A stretch of DNA of 64,000 nt from the human T2T-CHM13v2.0 reference genome, Homo sapiens. The translations under genes and the position numbers were made by a program. The notes below the pieces were generated by a model. It was given only the letters and a program-made list of their open reading frames with translations, did no database searches and was not told where the DNA came from. This document shows, in pieces, positions 54,911 through 64,000 of this stretch (its first letter is position 1; the number at the start of each line of letters is the position of its first letter). The stretch lies in assembly GCF_009914755.1 (NCBI RefSeq), contig NC_060947.1; one strand, given 5' to 3'.

Positions 54911-57156
54911 TCAATATTATTTTAATAATTATATTTCTACATTATCGGTAGCATTGTAATCCTACTTTTTCTTAGCATTTAAATAATTATTCTGAAAAGA
55001 TGTATGTAGATTTCACCAGACTGCCAAGGAGCTCTTTACCTGCTTGTGGTCAAACTTGGTCATAAGTAAGTCCACAATCCAGCTTAACAAAGGCAGAAAA
55101 AGAGTGGAGGAAGTACTCAACTATTGTAATTCCCTAGTTGATAGATGTTATATGTCACCTACATTCATATTTCATTGTTGAGAATTTACTTACAAGGCCA
55201 CACCTAACTGCTAGGGAGGCTAGAACATGTAGTTTATCAGGGAAGCCGTGTGTCTATAATTCTATCACAATGTAGAAAGGAAAGCAGAATTGATAAATTC
55301 CGTGCAATCCATACCACTGCTTTCTTGTGGCTGGTTCCCAGATAAGTTTTCTGTCTTTTGTTCTAAGAATTCGTTAATATATTTTCTTGGTTTTTCTGTG
55401 TAGACAGATTTTTCTTCCTTTCCACTCTATTCTTTTAATGTTTATTTATTTTTCTTGTTTTACTGCACTAACATCTCCAATATCATTTTAAATAAAAGCA
55501 ATAATATATAGAATCCTTGTCTTATTCCCAATTTAGTAAAAATTCTGCTACAAATTTTCTCTATTAAGTGAGATACATGTTCTAGTTATTTTGTGGGTAA
55601 ACTTCATGAGGTTAAGGAAGTTATGTTCTATTCTTAGTTTGCTATTCTTAGTTTGTCACAGGACAAACAGTGATAGCCCTTCATGATCTGACCACAGGAA
55701 AGAATGACTGAATGAGGTTTAGTCTCTAAGGAGACACATGAACTACTTGAGGGATAATGTCTTTTAATCCCTGACTTCCCTCTGAAGATACTGATATTCC
55801 TTCCAGAACAAGTTCTGATGGAACTCATTTGGACGGTAGGGGGTAGGAAGGAGTTGATATTTACATTTACTCTGGCCTCTGGAGGTAGAGCCTGAGCTAG
55901 AGAACAGAAACCCGCAAATCAAGAGACTCACATTACAATCCTGGTTCTGATACCAGCCCACTGTCTGGTGTTGACCAACATGATTGAAACAACTAATATT
56001 TACAGGGCTTTTTATCAGGTCTCAGGCTCTGTGATGAGCATATTACATGCTACCTGCTTTGCAACATTGAAGGTTCACAAAATCCCAATGACATGGATAT
56101 TCTTATTGTTCCCATTTTACAGATGAAGAAAATAAGGTACAGGGTTTAAGTGCCTTGTCCAAGATCACCAAACACTAAGTAGCAGGGCCAGGATTGTAAT
56201 GTAACTTTAGTGAAACACAACTCCATGTTAACAATGAATTTTTGTACCAGAGATTCTGCTCTGGGCTTCAAAAATTGCTTACACAAAAGCAAAGTGTGAA
56301 CTATACCAGGAATAAACAAACTTCCATGCAAATGGGTCTAATCAGAAAAAATTAGAATGTTTGTAATACACATGCTTTTCTAAACATAAATATTTATTTC
56401 AATATGGAAGTACAACATCTGCAACAGTACTTATGCATTTTTTTTACTATTTTCCTGTCACTGAAGTGTTTTACCTCAGGGCTAGAATTTCAGATACTAC
56501 ATCATTACCACTCACTGTGCCATTTATACTCAAGCTTTAAATACATAGTGTCTGAAATAAAATCTAGTTTGGTAGGTGGTAATGAGTTGGCATGTACAGG
56601 TAGAGGGAAGGTTGTTGAAGGATCTGGGGATACAAAAGTACCAATATTCAGTGAAATTAGAGCCAAAAAGGAGATTCCTACTTAAACAAGTGGGACAGGG
56701 GTGCTATATATGGAAAGGAGTCTGATTGGGATACAGAAAAAGAGGGTCTATGAGATATGACATGAATGAATTACTTTCTTTCTCCACTCCCAGCTTATAC
56801 ATTGGCAAGGTGGAAGTATGTTTTCTTGGGGGGAAGGTGGGGTTGGACAGGCAAGTTTATCTCTTGCTGTATTGTCCCATGCTTGTTCAGTAACTTGTTC
56901 AGTTGTCTCAGTCTGTAACTCATCCCCATAGTGGGAGTTCCTTTATTCAACCTACCAGTGTCAGATCTGGCAAGAACTCAGAGAATCCTACTAATGGGAC
57001 AGTGGGAAGGGGGTTGAGAAGTTCACATATAAGACAATGCATCTGCATTGTTTTATGTCCATTGATCTTATTGGAGTACTGGGATACGAAGACCTGACCT
57101 GCTTTTTAGCTATTCCCCAGAAGACAGAAAAGGGAAAATTTTTCAACCCAGTCAAA

Positions 57157-57162
57157 TTTATT
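57157..57162 (-). terminator. Distal poly(A) signal AATAAA
   Basis: AATAAA ~275 nt after the stop, followed on the minus strand by a T/GT-rich tract (TTTTCCCTTTTCTGTCTT). Confidence 0.75.
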
Positions 57163-57380
57163 AGAGCAAATGAGTTGAGGGGTATTCTGACAAAGAGAAA
57201 TATACAAACATAGAGCCTTCCTATGCTTTGGATAATAATGAATTACTCATTGACATTCTGAATGCTCTGCCATAGGATTGGCCTCTTCCACAGCCAACAA
57301 AGTTCAGCCAGGGTTCAATCTTCATCCCATCATAAGGGAATGCAAGTCCAAGCTCACATCAATCACACCAGGCTATATTA

Positions 57381-57390
57381 TTTATTTATT
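57381..57390 (-). terminator. Proximal poly(A) signal (two overlapping AATAAA)
   Basis: AATAAATAAA ~50 nt after the stop codon. Confidence 0.75.
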
Positions 57391-57437
57391 TCCCATTGCA
57401 ATACACACGTGCAATTAGCCAATGGCCTTTTTCCCAA

Positions 57438-57641
57438 CTACGCTTCCGTTGGGTTCACAACTTTCCCTAGAAAGAGAATACTCCTTGTGCTTCTCTCCAA
57501 AATCAACAACATGAAAGATCTATCAATTTGGATAATAGGGTGTAGGAAAGTGTTTTCAGGCTGATCCGAAAGTTCAACTTCAGGGACAGCTGCAGCTTCA
57601 GTTCCCTTTTCACCAATGTGCAGCACAGCCTTATGGGCAGC
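57438..57641 (-). CDS. SERPINA7: Thyroxine-binding globulin, last coding exon (reactive-centre loop and C-terminus)
   Basis: Acceptor cacacAG. Reads AAHKAVLHIGEKGTEAAAVPEVELSD...ILFLGKVVNPTEA-TAG. Exon sum 622+274+148+204=1248 nt = 415 aa plus stop. Intron phases 1,2,0 are typical of clade A serpins. Confidence 0.98.
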   Translation of the reverse strand, partial: AAHKAVLHIGEKGTEAAAVPEVELSDQPENTFLHPIIQIDRSFMLLILERSTRSILFLGKVVNPTEA

Positions 57642-58172
57642 CTGTGTGGGGAGAACAAATCCTGCGGGTCTCTGAAGAAACAGGAACAGTCTTTGGGAAG
57701 GTCTAGAAGTAAGAAAGGGAAAGGAAAGGTGGGGCCGCCCCTTTGCTATACTATGTTGATGGTGCTAGAATATGAAGTTTCCTCTGCTAAATGTAGTCAA
57801 TCATTCTCTGGCGATTCTACGGCTAGCCATTGGGAAACACCTCATTCACTATGGCCTGCTGCCGCCAGGAGTCACCTCTTAAGCATTCCCTCCTCACACC
57901 TCCTTCAGAACTGCATCTCACCAGAGTCACTTCTGATCATTAAGCTGTTCTATCAGAGTAATTCTGGGACATAAAGGTCAAGGATGGAAGAAACTGATAC
58001 AATTACTTATTTGGAGTAATGGGAATGACTCTGGAGTGATTCTAGCTTAGGAGGAGTCACACCGCCTCTCTAGGCATCAGATTGCTAATTGGTAAAATAA
58101 GAAAGTTGAATCAATTGACTCCTAATTGCTCTTCCAGTTCATACATTTAAGAACTCTAGTTTATCAACTTAC

Positions 58173-58320
58173 ATTGGAAAGTTTCAGACCATTGTCCTCT
58201 GTGAGTCCAGAAAAATCAGCATTTTCAGAATAGGCATGCTGAATGCCCATCTTCAAAAGTGTGGCTCCAAGGTCATATGTGGCAGAAATGGAAAACTTTG
58301 GAACAAACAAGTCAACCCAT
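58173..58320 (-). CDS. SERPINA7: Thyroxine-binding globulin, coding exon 3
   Basis: Acceptor cccacAG. Reads (G)WVDLFVPKFSISATYDL...GLKLSN. Donor GTAAGT at 58172. 148 nt. Codon 303 is TTG (Leu). Confidence 0.97.
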
Positions 58321-59049
58321 CTGTGGGAAAAGAGGAAGGGAACACATGGCAATCACCATATCAAGCTTATGATTCTCTCCTTCTCTCTCTCATGATGGTA
58401 TTATATTGGACTCTGCTTCTTCCCTGAGTATTGATAACCATTACTATGTAAGTCAATACATGGCACCAAACTCACAGAAGTTATTCTGAAAGGAATGCAC
58501 TCAGGTACAGCCAATGTTGGACTGAAGCACTGGGAGTAGGGAGATGTAACTCCTTTATAATCAAGAGAAAATATCCCTGAGGTGACGACCAAGGTTGGGG
58601 AGCTAGTGGCATGAAGGTTAATGGGTAGCACCCAGGAGCTTCACAGTTTTCTGCCTTGCACTTCCAGTACAGAGTGGCTGCCCAATCACCTTTCAACATC
58701 AAAATCCAACCTGTTCTTTGAGCTCTAGTTGGTCTACAGGAAGCCATCAATTTACTAATAGGCTGACTTTGGGGAGCTCATCTTATCTTTCAAGACCAGA
58801 CTTCCTAATTTGAAAAATGCCAATTATACTGCCTCCTTTGTAGGTTTGTTGATGTGCTTGGATGATATGAAGTATGTAGAATGCCCAGCCAAGGGCCTGG
58901 TAGACAGTATTTTCTTGGCATATTCTAGTGATCATACATAGCTGTTGGGTAGTTCAGGGTGATTCTTCTGCCTCTGGGTTTCTGCTGAACTCTGTCTCAC
59001 CTGCACTTTTATGCCCACCTTCCACCCACACATCCTCTAAGGCATTTAC

Positions 59050-59323
59050 CCCTTCTGTAGTAAGCGGTTCCACTTCTTCAGTGTTTTAGATGACATGGCA
59101 GCTTCCACTGACTCCATCTGTCCCTCCTTGGGAAGAACAAAGAGTGCCAGAGCATTCTTGCTGTAGTCCATTTGCAGAACTGTGCAGTTCAATTCCATAT
59201 CCACTAGGTGATAGTATTGTTCCATCTGGTGCATCATGGGCACTTGAACAGTGGTGGTCTTGTCTATTAAGAAGCTGGAACTGTCTTCTGTCTTGGATGG
59301 ATCAAAAGGATTTGCCCACTGGG
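59050..59323 (-). CDS. SERPINA7: Thyroxine-binding globulin, coding exon 2
   Basis: Acceptor ttttaAG at 59325-59324. Reads (A)QWANPF...VPMMHQMEQYY...WNRLLQK(G). Donor GTAAAT at 59049. 274 nt. Confidence 0.97.
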
Positions 59324-60374
59324 CTTAAAATACAAAGAAAAGAGAGGTGTTTATTTTAAACCGGTATCAGTACCAACAAGACCTTTTCCATTAGTGATTT
59401 CATTTAGAAATTAAGATCACCACAGAGTTAGGTACCTACAGTCAACCAGTTTTACAAGTGACTGAGGATCAGGCAGAGAAAGTCATTTGTCATGGTCTCC
59501 CAGTTAACAGGTGGCAGAGCCAGGAATCATACCCAGGGCTGTTGGGCTCCACAGTCTGTATTCAAAACTACTATACCACACTAAGCCCATCAGAGCCATA
59601 GTTTCCTCTTCCATAAAAAGGTATAACGACATCCAACACACTAGGGAGAAGTGAGAAAACAGATCTGTTCTGCAATTTTAGCCAATCTATCTATGTGTGG
59701 TTTGTGGCCGACAATTGATTACTCCTCCAAGAAATGTGGCTGACATATACTATAGAACCAGGAGAAATCATTTGAGCACAGTACCTTTAGGAAATAGTCA
59801 CATGATTCTTGTTTCTACAAGCACCAGCTTTAGACTCACACAGACCTTGTTGGTAATATCAGTTCTAAAACTTATTAACTGTGTAAACTTGGACACTTAT
59901 GAGTATTGATTGAGACAGTGTGTGTATACCACACATGTCAGATGGTGTTTAGTACACAGTGAGTGCATAATACATGGTAAAATTATGTATGTAACATGCC
60001 TAAGTATGTACAGCAAGTGAGAATCACAGTAGGCTTTACATACAAATATGTCTACTTGACAAGTGCAAGCTTGTCCCACCTCACCAAATCTTTTGGAAAC
60101 CATGAATCTTTAGCCAATTATGAGCAAGATGTTCATACCATTGTCACCCACCTCTCTGAAAGGGCGCTCTCCCTAGAAATTTCCTGGACTCATTCACAGA
60201 GCTGTGTGTCCATCTTGGAAGATCCAATACTATTCACAGCTATGTCCAGTGGAGCAGATCACTGTGGTATGAGGGACACCTACTGATGCCAGTAATAAGA
60301 GACCATGAGCTCCCCTCAGCACTCCACCCAAGTATCTGAGCCCTAGACTGAAAATTGACATCTGAAAGTCTTAC

Positions 60375-60996
60375 CTTTAAAGTGAATATAGTTCACTAAG
60401 ACCATGATGGTGTTTGGCTTGAGGTCTTGAATTAGACCCACAACTTTCCCTTTGGTTTGCATCTCCACATGACTGTTAATCTCCTGCTTGGCTGCAGAAA
60501 TGTTGGAGAAGTCGGTAGAAAAGACTTCAGTCTCATAGAGGGTCTTGACATCATTCAAGAACTTTGCCAGTGGTTTCAGATGCTTGCCAATGAAGAGGGC
60601 ATTTCCTATCTGCAATTCCAGTTCCTTCTTTGGAAAATTCAGTGAACAGATCAGATGCTGGAAGCCATGCTGGATCTCTACCATTGGAGTGTCTGTGAGG
60701 TTGAACCCCAAGGTCTCCACAATCTCAGTTTGGGTGCTGCAGCAGGCCCCAAAGGAAAGCATAACCAAAGCTGCAGAAATGCTCACAGGGGAAAAGAAGA
60801 TGTTCTTATCTGGGGTCTCCACAGTGAACCTCCGGTACAGATTGAATGCAAAGTCAGCATTAATGGATGACATCTTGTAGAGAGTGGCATTTGGTTGGGA
60901 TGAATGGCAGGCTGTTACTTTGCCTTCAGGTGATGCACAGTGGATTGTAGCATGAAGCCCAAGTACCAAGAGAACCAGATACAGGAATGGTGACAT
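60375..60996 (-). CDS. SERPINA7: Thyroxine-binding globulin, first coding exon (exon spans 60375-61013); signal peptide and N-terminal serpin domain
   Basis: ORF MSPFLYLVLLVLGLHATIHC-ASPEGKV...KNIFFSPVSIS...LVNYIHFK matches TBG. Acceptor cttatAG ends at 61014 and donor GTAAGA starts at 60374. 622 coding nt, phase 1. Confidence 0.98.
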
Positions 60997-61969
60997 TTTG
61001 GAAGGAAGTTAATCTATAAGAGATGAAGTGAGACAACCACTGAGGGAGCTTAGTTGGATGAAACACTCCCTGAGCCAGAGACACATAATAACCACCCACA
61101 TTGATTAATAAAACAATAGTAAATATTTGATGATGTGCTCATCAGGGGCTGAGCAGGGGTTTCTCTCCCTTGAAAAACAGGAGATGCATCTAATATGGAC
61201 AGGGAGTAGGAGAAGTGGCTTGCTGCAACCACGGAAATAATGCCATGGACTGTCATTCAGATGTTATAGCAACATTATGAAAACGCTGTGAGTAAATTAA
61301 ATTTATGGAAATTGAATCACTTTTTTTCTGAACTAGAGGCAGCCTTTTGGAGAGAGGGGATATTCTTAGGTTAAACTAGTACTCCCTCTGTATACATTAT
61401 TCATTGTAGATTAGAATTTTAGATTTTTTTTTTCATCTGGCATTTTCTTAAGATAAAATCTATGAGATGAGAGAACACTCGCATCTTATTTGGCTAAAAG
61501 ACAAAATGAAAGTAATTTGTACAATATATGATTAGTTGGAATGGATGGGTGGTGGTTTATGGAGCCACGTACAAGGTCATGAGCTGAAATTCATGCATTT
61601 TGCAATGCATGGAAGCCATAGAGGTATTTTCGAACAACCAGAAAATGAAAGAATAATTTTCTAAATTTTACATTTCTTTCACCATTAATCTTAGTAACAT
61701 CTAAACAGTCATTTCTAAGTTGTAAGACATCTTAACACTATTATTCTTACACCTATGCATGTTACTTTTAATTATTATAAAGAAAGCCAGAAAGATAAGG
61801 TGTAAGGTTCTCTGATCCTGAAAGAGTGCAAAGAAATGGAGTAAAGAAGTCAGGTGTGGAAATCCAATGAAAGTGGACATGTGTGCTTAGAAGGAAGAGG
61901 TCTATGAACTCAGAAAAAGGATCCTTCCTCCACCCTCCATCTTCTTCCTGAGTGATCTTACCCTCCGCA

Positions 61970-62470
61970 CTCAATTGCTAGAAACTGTATCTCTCTCAGA
62001 TTGCTCTCCTGAGCTCCTAGCCATTTATCCAGCTTTCTTTTGGATATAACCACCAGGATGGTCCACACAGACCTCAGTCTCAATAAGAAAATCTCAAAGT
62101 TGCCAGATGTAAACATATCATCTCCCTACACCTTAAGCTTGCTCCCTCATCTTCATTCCACATCTCAGTTTATCACATCACTGTCTATAGAGACACCTAA
62201 GCCAGATACCTGGGAATAATCATAGCCTCCTTTTATTCTCATTCCCCATATCTAATGAAGCATGATGTCTTATGAATACTAACTCTTAAATAACTCTCAA
62301 AACTTCTCCCTTCTCTTCATTCCTGCTGCCTCTGCCTCTCAGTTCATGGCCTGAGCTACTATATCAGCTCCTAACAGATCACACCATCTCCTATATCCTC
62401 CATACCAACCCCCTTTGTTCACCACTCTATCCAATCTCCATATCATCATCAGAGTCCTCTTTCTTTAAAA
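61970..62470 (+). mobile_element. L2 fragment in SERPINA7 intron 1
   Basis: Pyrimidine-rich L2 sense motifs (ctctcctgagctcc, aagccagatacctggga). Confidence 0.6.
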
Positions 62471-62635
62471 GTCACTGAGGCTGGTAGAAAGTCAATTATT
62501 AGATGACCACACTTAGACCTTCACCCCTAGAGCCAGGAATTTGGTTTGGGACTCTGACTTGCCAACTTGGTTATTTGGGACTCTGACTTGCTGATAGAGA
62601 TGTTCAAAGTTTCCAAAGAGAAAAAAAGTACTTAC

Positions 62636-62665
62636 AGCAAATGCCCAAGAATCCACCTGCATCTC
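62636..62665 (-). other. SERPINA7: SERPINA7 short non-coding first exon (5' boundary approximate)
   Basis: Consensus donor GTAAGT at 62635-62630. Start inferred ~30 nt downstream of the TATA box. Confidence 0.8.
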
Positions 62666-62687
62666 TCAGAAAGCAACATCTTTCCAT

Positions 62688-62694
62688 TTTTATA
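62688..62694 (-). promoter_or_regulatory. TATA box (TATAAAA) of SERPINA7
   Basis: Minus strand reads CTATAAAAATGG, ~55 nt upstream of the first splice donor. Confidence 0.85.
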
Positions 62695-62728
62695 GCATGT
62701 CCTGTATTGCAAAACTAGAGCACTCTTA

Positions 62729-62741
62729 GTTATAAATTAAC
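62729..62741 (-). promoter_or_regulatory. HNF1-type site in the proximal promoter
   Basis: GTTAATTTATAAC versus consensus GTTAATNATTAAC (2 mismatches), ~35 bp upstream of TATA. Consistent with liver-specific, HNF1-dependent TBG expression. Confidence 0.8.
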
Positions 62742-63397
62742 CCCAGCATTAACCCTGGGATGGTATTTTCAAAGCTGATGTACAAAACCAAGGCCAAGAG
62801 GAACAAAGCAAAAAATGATAAGGTTTGAACTTTGAGTGATTGCTTTGGCTGCCAGACCCTTCATGTAAAACAAAAGAGAAAGAGGATTGTCAGAGCTGGA
62901 GGGGTTTAAGTCCATGCTGGCAAGAGTGTCTTCAGCAGGCAGAATAGGGGCCATAGGCAAAAGCACCAAGAGGCAGCAGGAAAAAGTTCTCACTATTGGG
63001 CCAAACAGCAGTGGAATTGGCAGTTTTTTAAGGGAAAGTTGTACAAAAGCAGAGGCTGGGTGATCCTTTCTAATAGGTTCTGTAGAAATTATACATGCAT
63101 TCGCAGAGGAAATGATGTCAAAGGTAGCTTCCAGCCCTAGACTTCTGATGCTGCAAACATATATGTCTGCTAAGGGGGAAACCAGCCCTGTCTTCTCGTC
63201 ATTAAAATTCCCTGTACCGTCCCCTGGCCACAGGACTCCAAAAGAGGATGCAGAAGGAGTCAAGGAGACTGAAATTAAAGATTCCACTGTCCAGTATTAA
63301 TTGTGTACTGATTATATGCAAAGAAGCAATGGGAACAAAAAGAACTGGACTCAGTCAGGAGACTTGAGTTCAACCTGCTTCTGAAAGTTTCCAGCTC

Positions 63398-63449
63398 TAG
63401 TAGTAGTAGTAGTAGCAGTAGTAGCAGTAGCAGTAGCAGCAACAGCAAC
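63398..63449. repeat. Compound (TAG)/(CAG) triplet repeat ~730 bp upstream of the SERPINA7 TSS
   Basis: tagtagtagtagtagtagcagtagtagcagtagcagtagcagcaacagcaac. Confidence 0.9.
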
Positions 63450-64000
63450 TCCTGCTTCTGAGTATTTACTACAGGCATGTGAAGCATTTTACTACAGACA
63501 TTTTGTGAAGCATCAGATTCCAGACCCTGCCAGCTTCAGTACTACATTAAGAATCTATGTGTTAATTTGTAGTGGGAGGGGAGGCAGGGAATGAGGAGCT
63601 AGTTCGAACTAAGCCTAGATGCAGTCTATGGTAGGACTTATAATCCAGGACAAATAGTACTGACTTTACCTTGAGGGCACTGGGAAGCCACTGGGGGATA
63701 GACAGAGGGTGACTCTGTGTACCATTATTTCTTCTTAACAAAACATAGACTAAGCTCCCACTGTGTGGAAAGAACCACAGTCAGCACTGAGGTTTCAGAG
63801 CTGGTTGGTAAATATCAGTCCTGAACCCAAGAGGTCTTTCTAACTACCTGACACCCGCTGCCCATATTGAAGAAGGCACACCTCACAAATGTGATGGTCA
63901 CTAGTACATGTGTCCTAAAGAAAGGGAGTGACAAGCTCAAGTCTCTAGACTGCGAGGTTAGTCCATGTAATATAACACATTGCTCTCTCAGCTACAGCAA

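Noticed and set aside
57438-60996. Possible TBG variant alleles
   Set aside because: The frame is intact, all splice sites are GT-AG, and the checked positions (precursor D191, A211, L303) show the common residues.
62769-63287. 172-aa minus-strand ORF upstream of the SERPINA7 promoter
   Set aside because: No recognisable domain or splice structure, and it overlaps promoter DNA. Likely a chance ORF.

Overview
Repeat-dense primate (human-type) genomic DNA. The only protein-coding gene is SERPINA7 (thyroxine-binding globulin, X-linked). It lies on the minus strand at ~57.1-62.7 kb, with one non-coding and four coding exons that splice to an intact 415-aa ORF, a TATA box, an HNF1-type promoter site and several poly(A) signals. 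The other ~56 kb downstream of the gene is mostly nested retroelements: L1PA/L1M, L2, Alus, solo LTRs, a full THE1 element and an L1-retroposed HERV-W processed pseudogene. I found no convincing new gene or biological system. The most notable structures are (i) an L1PA2-type insertion with both a 5' inversion and a ~700-bp 3' transduction inside one 14-bp TSD, (ii) a candidate liver enhancer at ~31.7-32.4 kb, (iii) the HERV-W retrocopy with a stop codon in its YVDD motif and (iv) a 38-bp templated local duplication. Repeat subfamily names come from recalled consensus sequences and need RepeatMasker/Dfam confirmation. Boundaries of old repeats are approximate.
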